This document shows, one piece after another, positions 1-9,011 of a stretch of DNA of 64,000 nucleotides. The notes beneath the pieces were generated by a model. That model had not been told where the DNA came from, made no database searches, and was given only the letters and a program-made list of their open reading frames with translations. Both the position numbers and the translations under genes were made by a program. Every line of letters starts with the position of its first letter. Position 1 is the first letter of the stretch. This stretch comes from a virus, in IMG/VR virus record IMGVR_UViG_3300032249_001164, positions 1 through 64,000 of that record. One strand, written 5' to 3'.

Positions 1-338
1 CCAGAACTACCAGAACTACCATTATCTTCCTTCTTGGAATTGAGAAGAGTGAAGTTTTGACAGTTGAGCACTAATCGGCTCTTCTCTGCGCCGTCCTTTG
101 TCCAAGACTCCTGCTGAAGCTCGCCGCCGACAATTATCTTCGACCCCTTGCGAACATGGTCAGCGATAACAGAAGCCTGCTTTCCCCAGACTTTGACCGG
201 CATCCAGATAGTAGGACTATCCCTGCGGCCTTCGACGGCAATGCTAAAGTTGGCAATAACATTGCCATTTTCAAAATAGCGGACATCGGGATCCCTGCCA
301 ACATTTCCGCTGAAAGAGCAGCTATTGAAAGATGCCAT
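1..338 (-). CDS. ssb: single-stranded DNA-binding protein (canonical; runs off window start)
   Basis: Not in ORF track. Hand translation from ATG at 338: MASFNSCSFSGNVGRDPDVRYFENGNVIANFSIAVEGRRDSPTIWMPVKVWGKQASVIADHVRKGSKIIVGGELQQESW..., a classic SSB OB fold followed by a Gly/Ser linker. Confidence 0.93.
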   Translation of the reverse strand, partial: MASFNSCSFSGNVGRDPDVRYFENGNVIANFSIAVEGRRDSPTIWMPVKVWGKQASVIADHVRKGSKIIVGGELQQESWTKDGAEKSRLVLNCQNFTLLNSKKEDNGSSGSS

Positions 339-375
339 TGATTTTGGCGATTAAAAAAAACTTCTGACCAATAAA

Positions 376-795
376 TCAGAAGACCACATCATCATACTCC
401 CCGAGGTCGGGAACGTCAAGCCCCCCTCCCGATGTGGCAGATTCAAGGCTTGGGCGAAAGCGGGCCTCCCCTGTCATTTTCGGTGGCAACGTGTAACAAG
501 CATCCTTCAAGTAGATCTGACAATACTTGCCGCCACCGTTGGTTCTTTCCATCTCTTTAATCGAGGTAACACATCCAAACATCGTTATGTAATCCCCGTT
601 ATTGATGTAATCTTCTATAGGCCTGATTTTTCTACCGTAGAACCTTGAAGTAACATAATGCACTTCCTTGCCAGCGGTTGCAACCCTGAGGGTTATATCC
701 ATATACCTCCCGTATTTTCCTTCTTCGGAAACAGGTTGCTTCGTGACGTATCCATCAAAACTTGCTGAAATCATTGGTTGACTCACGATGGCCAA
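376..795 (-). CDS. second, divergent SSB-like OB-fold protein
   Basis: GYVTKQP...FYGRK...YINNGDYITMFG pattern, acidic C-terminal tip YDDVVF. Confidence 0.7.
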   Translation of the reverse strand: MAIVSQPMISASFDGYVTKQPVSEEGKYGRYMDITLRVATAGKEVHYVTSRFYGRKIRPIEDYINNGDYITMFGCVTSIKEMERTNGGGKYCQIYLKDACYTLPPKMTGEARFRPSLESATSGGGLDVPDLGEYDDVVF

Positions 796-1582
796 ACTCT
801 ACCATTGGTCTCGGGAAGACAGAGCTTTCAAGCACCTGATAAGCGCCAAACCTTTCGATAAACTCATGAGCGGCTTCCCTAATCTCACTCATTGGCATTA
901 AGTACAACAATGGTTCGCACCAATCGTAACAAACACAGATGGCGCCTTGCTCAACAGGTGGAAGGTTGCCATCAGGAACAAGCTCAATATTATGAGCAAG
1001 AGCGTGAGAAGCTATTCGGACCTTTGCCTCTGAATAACGGCTGATCGGGTAAAGCTTTTCCTTGGCACCTCTTTCAGAACTTGGTCCTTCAACCTTCCAG
1101 GTCCAAGCCGTGTACTTCCCCTCAAACCAACATCGCCTTTCCGACACGTCGGCAAATCCGTAACGACAGTGAAGCGGGAGCCCAACAAGTGAACTACCTT
1201 CCATGAGACCCGGCCAAAGATGATCCGGTCCGTTTTGATTTTCAATCTCCCTGAGCAAGGGCTCAAGGTAGTGCAAGTAGCGAGGGACACCAAAAGACAT
1301 CATTTCAGCCAAGGAAGGCGTGTCAACAACATCAGCAGAACGAGATGGCTGATCGCCAAGTAAAAACTTTTCAACCTCATGGCGAACCATTCCCGCAAGC
1401 TTGCAATCTCTTGTAATTTTCTCTTGCGCATCTGGATCATTGTCAAGTTTCCACATCAAATGCTTGATTTTACTTGAATGGAAGTGCGCCAAAGTTTTGC
1501 TAAGAATTGCTGAAACGGTGGCATACCTAAAACCACCGACATCATGGAAACAGCGCTGCCACTCGGGCCATTCGTCGCTCAC
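755..1582 (-). CDS. PD-(D/E)XK exonuclease-like protein, catalytic motifs degenerate
   Basis: YATVSAILSKT, G-x-V-R-H-E-V-E, YGFADVSE...TWKV and RIASHALA align by eye with YPSVTTIL / G..H...E / YAGT.D...DWKT / QLAAY; located between SSB and Sak. Confidence 0.6.
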   Translation of the reverse strand: MSDEWPEWQRCFHDVGGFRYATVSAILSKTLAHFHSSKIKHLMWKLDNDPDAQEKITRDCKLAGMVRHEVEKFLLGDQPSRSADVVDTPSLAEMMSFGVPRYLHYLEPLLREIENQNGPDHLWPGLMEGSSLVGLPLHCRYGFADVSERRCWFEGKYTAWTWKVEGPSSERGAKEKLYPISRYSEAKVRIASHALAHNIELVPDGNLPPVEQGAICVCYDWCEPLLYLMPMSEIREAAHEFIERFGAYQVLESSVFPRPMVEFGHRESTNDFSKF

Positions 1583-1824
1583 TCGTTACCCCGCCATCTG
1601 TAAACAGGCTCCCCTCCCATACCCTGGGTGCGAAAACACCTGACGTAGACAGCTTCCCTGAAGCACACCTCAACATAAAGTCGGAGCGGGTATAAGCATG
1701 GCGGCAGCGGCTCTAGTGGGTAATAGAGCTGGGCAGGCAATGCAGACGAGTCCCAGCCCTCCAACCGCTTGCGCATCCCATCTGCGGGGCCATTAACAAA
1801 AACAACATCAACTGCCATAGCCAC
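1579..1824 (-). CDS. hypothetical phage protein
   Basis: FVNGPADG motif common in small phage proteins; overlaps next start by 4 nt. Confidence 0.55.
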   Translation of the reverse strand: MAMAVDVVFVNGPADGMRKRLEGWDSSALPAQLYYPLEPLPPCLYPLRLYVEVCFREAVYVRCFRTQGMGGEPVYRWRGNE

Positions 1825-1840
1825 AAGAGCATTACTTAAT

Positions 1841-2101
1841 TTAAGTGGGTAAAGTGTAATCGCCGTTATACCGCGGCTTCAATACAATGATTTCACGGTA
1901 TTGCCTTTTAAGTTCCATTAAATATCTATCTAAGGGCAAACACGAAGGAGGTCGAAAGATTACACACAATCTCATGTCCACTCCATAAAGCCGTGCTAAC
2001 TGCAGAGCGCTAACATAATGGCCTTGTCCATCATACCTACTTGTGACCATTCCGGGACATAACACGTAGCGGACTTGCCGCCAGTCGGGTGTACGTGGCA
2101 T
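1841..2101 (-). CDS. hypothetical phage protein
   Basis: Operon packing; YVLCPG..SRYDGQ.HYV...LARLYGV...L.PR..G.Y pattern. Confidence 0.6.
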   Translation of the reverse strand: MPRTPDWRQVRYVLCPGMVTSRYDGQGHYVSALQLARLYGVDMRLCVIFRPPSCLPLDRYLMELKRQYREIIVLKPRYNGDYTLPT

Positions 2102-2110
2102 TTCCCAGGC

Positions 2111-3181
2111 CTAGAGAGGATGTAATTCTTCAACTTTTAACCAGTCAACATGAATTGCTTCATGAAGCTTGTCGGTAACGATCAAGTCAACAATTTCCCG
2201 CAATTTTTTCCCTGCCATCAAGGAGATAAGCTCCTTCCGCAGGTCTTCAACCCTGCTTACATTGTTGTGTGACCTTAACGCATCAAATCCGCCGATCCTT
2301 CCTGGTCGAGTATTGACAGGTTTACCGTATCCAGCTCCAGGGTTGATGCTGGAGCAATCTCGGATCTCGCTGGCATTGGCGGGCACATCAACGCCCTGGC
2401 GTTCGGGCATAGGACGCGAGCCCCCTTTGCTAACCAGGGGCGCGGGAAAGATGAAGGGTGACCGCTCCTCTAGCTGCCTGGCCTCAGCAATCCTCAACGC
2501 CTCCAGCTCAGCATCCTGCCGGGCCTTTTCAGCCCTCAGCGCCTCCAGTTCAGCATCCTGCTGGGCTTTTACGGCTCTGAGTGCTTTCAGTTCGGCCCTC
2601 TCGGCCTCCTGGGCCAGCAGGGAGTCGCACAGCTCCTTGAGACGCGCTCCGGCCTCCGCCTGGCGGTTCAAACCAGCGGACTGAAACTCTTCGAGAAGAG
2701 TTATGTCAATTGTGGACAGTTCGACCAACCGAGCCTGAGCTTCAGCCGAGGTGGTAACACTATCGGCCAACCTAGAAATACGATCCAACACCGTCCGGTG
2801 AGCTTCAATCCTGGAGCGCTCCTCGGCCTCGACCGCTTCAATCGCCTTTTCGTGGGGCTCGATAAGTCCCAAAACAGCATTCTCCAGTGTTTTGGCTGCT
2901 TCGTCAACAGCCCTGCCGCGCTCAAGATGAACGCTTTTTGCTTCCTTGCGAGCCTTCTCAATTCGGCCCTTCAGCTTACGTAATTTCCATATCCAGGAGC
3001 GAGCACTCTCGCTGCCAGCCGTATCGCGATAATTAAACTCTTTGCAATCAGATTCTTGCGTAACAGTCGCAATTTCAGCTGCCAACGCCTCCCAGCGGGT
3101 AAGCACTGACACCCCAGAGTCGGAAGCAACAATAGCTGATTGATTTTCGGCTTGATCTTTGGCAGAAGCAGTAGCTGTCAT
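2111..3181 (-). CDS. coiled-coil protein of recombination module
   Basis: 356 aa, helical, internal AELEALRA repeats, directly downstream of Sak. Confidence 0.7.
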   Translation of the reverse strand: MTATASAKDQAENQSAIVASDSGVSVLTRWEALAAEIATVTQESDCKEFNYRDTAGSESARSWIWKLRKLKGRIEKARKEAKSVHLERGRAVDEAAKTLENAVLGLIEPHEKAIEAVEAEERSRIEAHRTVLDRISRLADSVTTSAEAQARLVELSTIDITLLEEFQSAGLNRQAEAGARLKELCDSLLAQEAERAELKALRAVKAQQDAELEALRAEKARQDAELEALRIAEARQLEERSPFIFPAPLVSKGGSRPMPERQGVDVPANASEIRDCSSINPGAGYGKPVNTRPGRIGGFDALRSHNNVSRVEDLRKELISLMAGKKLREIVDLIVTDKLHEAIHVDWLKVEELHPL

Positions 3182-3228
3182 AACGGTTTTAGTGGGTTGG
3201 CTTGGTAAAGGTTGACTTGAGGATCGGT

Positions 3229-3999
3229 TTAACTTAACACTCTATCCGCTGCCTCATGTAGATCCGCTGTTAAACGTGTTGCACCTTTTGCAACCACTTG
3301 CACGACTTGCTCGCCCCTGCTATTCTGACCAATATTTAATTTAGCCGCGTACTCCGGTGTTACCGCCGTAAGCACCCTCTCCCTTACCAAATCCTTCACC
3401 TCTTCAAATTCATTGACCTGAAGAATTTTCATAAGTGTTCTGATGCCGTCACGGTTAATACCAGCTTGCTGCATTTTTGTATGCAAAAGTGAGACAAACT
3501 TTTGAGTAGCTTTTTCACTTTCAGAAACTTGCTTGAAGTTGAGCGGTTTGTCTTCTACGTTGCGTTGCTGCTTGTCATATAAAGACAACCCAAACTGATT
3601 ACCGAATGTCATAAAAGCGCGTTTCATTGCATCGGTGGCCGCTTCCTTGATGGCGGATTCGTGGGCCTGTCCAAAATCGACATCAATACCATGTCCGGCG
3701 CCAACGCCGTCACGAAACGTTCCGCTCGTGGTAATGCGAACGGTAGCAATATAGGATACGCCCCAGCCGTCTTTTTTGGCTTGTCCAACCTTTCGTTCGC
3801 GCTCGGAAACACACTTAATGTCACGCAGCTCCTGATCCCAACATCCGTAGCCAAATATACGGTTGGCCTCGCTAATCACATGCCAGCCTTCCACGTAAGA
3901 CAGTGTGCGACCGCTCTGGTCCCTCGTTTTTACGGCTTGAACAGAGAGCGGCTGACTTAGCTCTTGAATTTGGTCCACACTAAAAGCATTTGGATTCAT
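3229..3999 (-). CDS. sak: Rad52/Rad22-family (Sak) ssDNA annealing protein
   Basis: LSYVEGWHVISEANRIFGYGCW and AIKEAATDAMKRAFMTFGNQFGLSLYDK. Confidence 0.93.
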   Translation of the reverse strand: MNPNAFSVDQIQELSQPLSVQAVKTRDQSGRTLSYVEGWHVISEANRIFGYGCWDQELRDIKCVSERERKVGQAKKDGWGVSYIATVRITTSGTFRDGVGAGHGIDVDFGQAHESAIKEAATDAMKRAFMTFGNQFGLSLYDKQQRNVEDKPLNFKQVSESEKATQKFVSLLHTKMQQAGINRDGIRTLMKILQVNEFEEVKDLVRERVLTAVTPEYAAKLNIGQNSRGEQVVQVVAKGATRLTADLHEAADRVLS

Positions 4000-4070
4000 A
4001 GCTGTGGAGCGCAGCTCCTAAGTGGTTTACGTGCATCAGTCTAACATGGTGGCAGCCCCACAGCAATCCC

Positions 4071-4385
4071 ATGAGCAGCGCAGGTGCCACAAATCTGAAC
4101 CGGATCTTGCGAATCACCGCGCAACTTCTTTTTGAAAAGGGCGAGGACGTGCCGGCGGTGGCGAACCTGCTGCAGGGGTTCGTAAATCCAAGAATGGTGC
4201 GTAGCTGGTATGAGCGCTACTGCGAAGTCCACGGCCTGCCAAAATCAGCGAACAGCAGAAAAAACCATCGCCGAATGCCGATGCCGCCAATTGATTTCAA
4301 TGCCATCAAGATACAGGAACTGAATGACATGCTTGATCCGCCATCAGGCAAGGGTTCTACGGAAAGCTTCAGACCAGAGCGGTAG
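4071..4385 (+). CDS. small HTH-like protein, divergent from sak
   Basis: LLFEKGEDVPAVANLL...PRMVRSWYERY resembles an HTH. Confidence 0.5.
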   Translation: MSSAGATNLNRILRITAQLLFEKGEDVPAVANLLQGFVNPRMVRSWYERYCEVHGLPKSANSRKNHRRMPMPPIDFNAIKIQELNDMLDPPSGKGSTESFRPER

Positions 4386-4556
4386 GCGGCGCTAGTCTGC
4401 CAGGGCTGAGCGGAAGGCCAAGCCCCTGACTCAGCAGCGAAATCACTGGAGAGTTTGGCCATGGGCAATATACCGACAATGACGGCAGAAGCCGTTGCAC
4501 TCTTGACAGACATAGCAAAAATTCGTCATACAATTCTTGAAAATGCTCCACAATGC

Positions 4557-4820
4557 CTACCCCTTCTTGCGCCGACCCTTGTTAGCGCTGAACAGCGAAT
4601 TCGCATTATCTGCGGCCACTAAACTTCTAGCGGTTGCGATGTGTCGATTCTTGGTTCTCATTCTTTGTTTCTCCTTGTTGATTAACTGCATTTTTGCCTT
4701 CAGCCTCTCGGCTTCGTAATCTGGTCGCCGTTCCTGCATTTGCCTTAAGGCCTCCTGGTAGCCAGGAGCCTCAAGCTCTGGAAATCTCTTAAAAATTTTA
4801 CTCCAGTTAGGTGCTGTCAT
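4557..4820 (-). CDS. hypothetical basic cyanophage protein
   Basis: NWSKIF...PELEAPGYQEA; ATGA overlap with dnaB stop. Confidence 0.65.
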   Translation of the reverse strand: MTAPNWSKIFKRFPELEAPGYQEALRQMQERRPDYEAERLKAKMQLINKEKQRMRTKNRHIATARSLVAADNANSLFSANKGRRKKG

Positions 4821-6253
4821 CTCAGTAAGTTGCTACCCCAGACAACAGAGCTTTGTAGATCTATGCAACACTGCAGCGTACCGCATTCTCCATGCCTGTT
4901 TTTAGCAACAGAAACGGCCAGCTCGTATTTATCTTTTCCCCTGTCATAGTAATGTGGTCGAAGGAGAAACATGACAATATCCGCATCTTCTTCAATTCTA
5001 CCGGAAGCGCGGAGGTCTGACATATTTGGCATTTTATCGGTCCTATTCTCCACGCCCCTGTTAACTTGACTCAACAAGAAAATGTCTATACCTGTACTTG
5101 TTCCGAGCCTTTTCAAAGCTTTTGTAACATGGCCAATATTAGATGCCTCCGTGTTTTGAGCATCACCAGAGCAGCCCTCTATAAGTTGCAGGTAATCAAT
5201 AAAAACAGCTGAAAGATTTTTTCTAGTCTTAGCAAGAAGTTTTATTTTTGCTGAAATACTTTTAATGGTTTCAGATTCATCAAAGACATGCAATCTTTTA
5301 ATCAGCCTGGAGTTCTGGTAACCTTCAAGCCTCGTCCTTTGGGCCGACGTGTAATTCCTTAGCCTCAAATTGTGGGATCGAATTGGATCGGTAAGTTCTC
5401 CCGAAGAACGAAGGCTCATGTAGTCAAGGCAAGCGATTGATTTATACTGAATCTGTTTTTTTGACATTTCTAAACTAAAAAAAGCAACATCACAGTGTAT
5501 ATCGGCTAACACGGTTGCAAGGTAAATTGCAAATGTAGTCTTGCCCATGCCGGGCCTTCCCGCTAGCACCACCAGGCGACCAGAGTACGGTGAATCCCTT
5601 TTTGCAATTCCACCCTGTATTGCATCGTCAAGCACGCTAAGGCCGGTCGGGATTACAATATCCTTGGGTAAAGGTTGAAGGGCTTCTTCAATAGAAGATT
5701 CCCAGTCGTCGTCCCTTTTATCAAGAGTTGAAGCGCTATACCATATTTCCTGCTGCCTCTCTATTAAAGATGGTATGCTTTCTTCAAATACCTTTTGATC
5801 GGGAGTGCTAGTAAGGGCTAAAGCAATCTCCTCTGCATTAGCCTTAAGACTTGTTCTTGCACATTTCAACCTCCAAACAGGAACAATGGAATACAAAGAT
5901 TCAATACTAAAAAACATTGAAGGGGACTCGGCAACCTCTTGGATGTACTGACAATCATCTTGATGCCCCATAGATAGAAGTAACTTTTCTGCCATCACGG
6001 CAATACTGCCAGGCACCACCAGGGAAGATTTGACTGAATCAAGCGCAATCTTTTTAATTACGTGAAACAATGCTTTCCGATGGTTTCCAGTAAACCACTC
6101 TTGATTAACCTGTGTTGCAATATCACAAAGCTCAGCTGTAGAACCTTGTTCACCTTCAAGATAAAAGATGCACGTAGAGAGAAAAGAGTCTTGTATCTCG
6201 CTGGTATCCCAGGTATTCATCTGGGACAGGATTGCAAAATTTCCTTCGCTCAT
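4817..6253 (-). CDS. dnaB: replicative DNA helicase, DnaB family
   Basis: Walker A GRPGMGKT, FFSLEMS, IDYLQLI, LLSQVNR, SDLRASGRIEEDAD, AKNRHG. Confidence 0.96.
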   Translation of the reverse strand: MSEGNFAILSQMNTWDTSEIQDSFLSTCIFYLEGEQGSTAELCDIATQVNQEWFTGNHRKALFHVIKKIALDSVKSSLVVPGSIAVMAEKLLLSMGHQDDCQYIQEVAESPSMFFSIESLYSIVPVWRLKCARTSLKANAEEIALALTSTPDQKVFEESIPSLIERQQEIWYSASTLDKRDDDWESSIEEALQPLPKDIVIPTGLSVLDDAIQGGIAKRDSPYSGRLVVLAGRPGMGKTTFAIYLATVLADIHCDVAFFSLEMSKKQIQYKSIACLDYMSLRSSGELTDPIRSHNLRLRNYTSAQRTRLEGYQNSRLIKRLHVFDESETIKSISAKIKLLAKTRKNLSAVFIDYLQLIEGCSGDAQNTEASNIGHVTKALKRLGTSTGIDIFLLSQVNRGVENRTDKMPNMSDLRASGRIEEDADIVMFLLRPHYYDRGKDKYELAVSVAKNRHGECGTLQCCIDLQSSVVWGSNLLR

Positions 6254-7069
6254 TTAATTTAGTGTGTAGTTAATTGGTGACATCGCGGGTTTACCTTGGT
6301 TTCCCGCTTTGGCTACACCATTCTCCTGTCCCAGCTTGTTAATAGTTTCCTTGTGCCCAGCAAAACCAAGCGACTGCCAATTTTTCTCTGCTACATATTC
6401 GCAATAAAGCTTTAAGGTTCCAGTGCTCTTGGCATACTCAAGAGCACGCATGGTGGAACTTGTAAGTTCAGGTCGAAGCTTGTGTTTTTTTTCTCTGTTG
6501 TCAAGCCATTTAAGCAAATGCTCGCGGTAGGGCTGCAACCACTCGGGCAGCTCGATGGCTGCTGGCTTCGGCTTCTGCGTGGTTCGCCTGGGGGGCAGTG
6601 GGGGGTTTTCTTCTAGATGGTTTTCTTCTAATGGTTTTCTTTCTAATGGTCTTCTATTGCGTCCGGGTTTCCCGGCGTCCGGTTTTCCCGGACACTGGTT
6701 TCCCGGCGTCCGGTTTTCCCGGACGCTGGCTGTGGCTTCTGCCGCAGGGGCCAACGAAGCCACAGCACTCGGATCCGGCCTATCGGTGACGCTGTAATGC
6801 TCGCCAACTATCTGGCCTGCTGGGTTCCTGTTTTTTACATTTACCAAATACCCAAAACATCTCAATTCAGAGAGGCCCGACAAAACCGCATCTCTACCCT
6901 CGGTTCCATGTTCAATAATCCAGGCTCTCGTAAACTTAAAACCCTTGCTGTGCGAAAGACAAACAGCAAGGATACCCTTGGCCTTGTAGCTAAGGCGCTT
7001 ATCCCTCAAGGCGTCATTAAGAACAATTGTAAAACTGTTACCAGCGCCGTTGTTTTCAAAGCTTTCCAT
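6254..7069 (-). CDS. phage replication initiator (lambda O-like organisation, N-terminal wHTH)
   Basis: FTIVLNDALRDKRLSYKAKGIL N-terminus, internal repeats, abuts dnaB. Confidence 0.8.
   Translation of the reverse strand: MESFENNGAGNSFTIVLNDALRDKRLSYKAKGILAVCLSHSKGFKFTRAWIIEHGTEGRDAVLSGLSELRCFGYLVNVKNRNPAGQIVGEHYSVTDRPDPSAVASLAPAAEATASVRENRTPGNQCPGKPDAGKPGRNRRPLERKPLEENHLEENPPLPPRRTTQKPKPAAIELPEWLQPYREHLLKWLDNREKKHKLRPELTSSTMRALEYAKSTGTLKLYCEYVAEKNWQSLGFAGHKETINKLGQENGVAKAGNQGKPAMSPINYTLN
6604..6725. repeat. probable replication origin: iterons plus AT-rich repeats inside initiator gene
   Basis: Four GGTTT(T)CCCGG units (31-bp period duplicated, 6666-6725) beside about four GGTTTTCTTCTA-like units (6604-6657). 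Confidence 0.7.
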
Positions 7070-7109
7070 TGAGATTAGTGTTAGTTAAATTAGAAATAGT
7101 TTCTCCTGT

Positions 7110-7301
7110 TTAGTTGTGGTCAACAATTGCTGCGTTACCATCTTTAATGGCAGTGCGGCGAAGTTCTGAATTTTTCCTTGAAATCATGGCTTCAACAACC
7201 AGATCTACGATATGTTGTGACATTGGGCGATGTGAGGGTTTTGTATTTCTCAGTTGTGCAACAACTTCATCCGAAAGCGAGATTGAAAACCTGGGTGCCA
7301 T
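7110..7301 (-). CDS. ribbon-helix-helix (Arc/CopG-like) regulator
   Basis: From ATG at 7301: MAPRFSISLSDEVVAQL...PMSQHIVDLVVEAM. Confidence 0.65.
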   Translation of the reverse strand: MAPRFSISLSDEVVAQLRNTKPSHRPMSQHIVDLVVEAMISRKNSELRRTAIKDGNAAIVDHN

Positions 7302-7328
7302 TGTGAAAGTGAAGCGCTGTGCCACTGC

Positions 7329-7357
7329 ATCATACTGCTGCGATGTGCAGCGGTCAA
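7329..7357 (-). promoter_or_regulatory. sigma70 promoter of replication operon
   Basis: TTGACC-17-TATGAT; spacer contains inverted repeat GCTGC-N5-GCAGC. Confidence 0.7.
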
Positions 7358-7547
7358 CCCCTGACAGCAATCGATCCCTGATGGCCCTCGAACGCCTGGG
7401 GCGGGCAAGTGGTCGCTGGGAGTCGTTTGGCGCGGCTCAGGCCCTGCTAGCGGCCTCTCAGCTGGTGTTGGTGGCCGGGTTGGGTCGAACGTGCGCCAGT
7501 GTCTGGGCGGTTCGCAGCACATACGGGCCTATGCGTTCAGTAGTTTG

Positions 7548-7576
7548 TTGACGGCCAGGCTCGCAAGCCCTAAAAT
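7548..7576 (+). promoter_or_regulatory. sigma70 promoter
   Basis: TTGACG-17-TAAAAT, about 30 nt before ATG at 7605. Confidence 0.7.
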
Positions 7577-7604
7577 TCCCTTGCTTCACTGTTTACTAAA
7601 CGCA

Positions 7605-7883
7605 ATGACGGCACTCCGCAAGTTCAAACAGTTTCACCAGGGCGACACTGTTTACGCAAGATTTTTTGACGACAGAAGTCTTGTGTTTGAGGGAATTGCT
7701 AAAACCAATTCGCCATTCCCGCATTACTTTTGTCGATTGAATGGAATTGTTTATTTGATTCCGAAAATTCATCTTTCGACCAAGAGCTTGGCACCGCTAG
7801 TGGGAGATGGAAACCATCGTCAGCTGGCGATTCCGGGGATTCTCCAGAGGGGCGAGCGCCATCAGGGATTGCTTATGGCTTGA
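7605..7883 (+). CDS. hypothetical protein
   Basis: MTALRKFKQFHQGDTVY... downstream of promoter. Confidence 0.6.
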   Translation: MTALRKFKQFHQGDTVYARFFDDRSLVFEGIAKTNSPFPHYFCRLNGIVYLIPKIHLSTKSLAPLVGDGNHRQLAIPGILQRGERHQGLLMA

Positions 7884-7919
7884 CCGGAGCTTGACCGGAG
7901 CTGGACCGGGCTGTACTGT
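7880..7919 (+). promoter_or_regulatory. promoter of sigma gene overlapped by three direct repeats
   Basis: TTGACCGGAGC x2 plus TGGACCGGGC; TTGACC(7891)-17-TACTGT(7914). Confidence 0.55.
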
Positions 7920-7997
7920 TTGGACGGCTAGCGCAAGTTTGCCGGCTATTCATCGGCAGCTTAAAATGAAATTGCTTTTTAAGTTAATTCGTTTTAA

Positions 7998-8996
7998 GTG
8001 GCTGCAAGCAGTACAGCACCAATGAGTCTTGATGATTACCTGAAAGACATCGCTCGCGTTCCCCTGTTAACAGGGGACGAAGAAATAGTGCTTGGGAATA
8101 GGGTGCAAGATATGATAAAAATCTTGAGGGAAAACGGTTTAAGTGAAAGCATCTCGCTAAATAATTTTGTTAGTTTCACGAAAGACTTGCGGCCAGAGCA
8201 AAGACGGGTGGTGGAAAAAGGGTTAAAAGCAAGGGATCGCATGATCTCAGCAAACATGAGACTCGTGGCTGCAGTCGCCAATAAGGCAAGATCGATGTGT
8301 GCTCACTTGTCAATCGAAGATTTGATGCAAGAAGGTGCCATTGGTCTTGCTAGAGCTGTTGAAAAGTTTGAACCACAGAAAGGGTATAAGTTTAGTACAT
8401 ACGCCTATTGGTGGATAAGACAGGGAATTACGAGAGCCTGGGAAAACCAGGAAAACACCATAAGAATTCCAGGTAATATTCAAAAAGCAGCCAGATTGAT
8501 TGAGAAAACCAGGGTAAGTCTATCAAAAACACTTAACAGGGAGCCGACTATTCCACAAATTGCCGAAGAGATGGGCGAAAAACCGGAACGAATTAAAAGA
8601 ATTATTTTACAAAGGGTGAAAGTGTTTTCCTTTGATCGTGATTCTTGCGGGCTTAGTCATGATGTTTTTCCTGGGAGGGACACTTTCATGGATTTCCTTA
8701 AGTACAACTGCTTTGCCACCCTTGCTCAAGAGGAAGAATCTGAAAGTATTAAAGAGATCCGTCGCATAGAAAATATTGCAATGACTATTGTCAATGCACT
8801 TCCAGAGCAAGATCAGCGGCTAATCAGACAAAGGTATGGAATAGGTGAACGCCAGCTAACAATCAAAGAGATAGCGGAGAAAAGTGGGGTAAGCCAACGA
8901 CGCATTAAAGATAAGTGCAACGAAGTTATGAGTGGAGTCGTGTTTACAGCCAAGGTATTTGCGCCTGAGGCTTTTGCCAAGGCTAAGCTTTCGTAG
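7998..8996 (+). CDS. phage-encoded RNA polymerase sigma-70 family factor (RpoD/RpoS-like)
   Basis: YLKDIARVPLLT, ANMRLVAAVA, DLMQEGAIGLARAVEKFEPQKGYKFSTYAYWWIRQGITR. Confidence 0.95.
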   Translation: MAASSTAPMSLDDYLKDIARVPLLTGDEEIVLGNRVQDMIKILRENGLSESISLNNFVSFTKDLRPEQRRVVEKGLKARDRMISANMRLVAAVANKARSMCAHLSIEDLMQEGAIGLARAVEKFEPQKGYKFSTYAYWWIRQGITRAWENQENTIRIPGNIQKAARLIEKTRVSLSKTLNREPTIPQIAEEMGEKPERIKRIILQRVKVFSFDRDSCGLSHDVFPGRDTFMDFLKYNCFATLAQEEESESIKEIRRIENIAMTIVNALPEQDQRLIRQRYGIGERQLTIKEIAEKSGVSQRRIKDKCNEVMSGVVFTAKVFAPEAFAKAKLS

Positions 8997-9011
8997 AAGT
9001 AGTCATCAGAG

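Noticed and set aside
156-341. Plus-strand 61 aa ORF, and the many antisense ORFs over structural genes
   Set aside because: Shadow frames of well-supported minus-strand genes.
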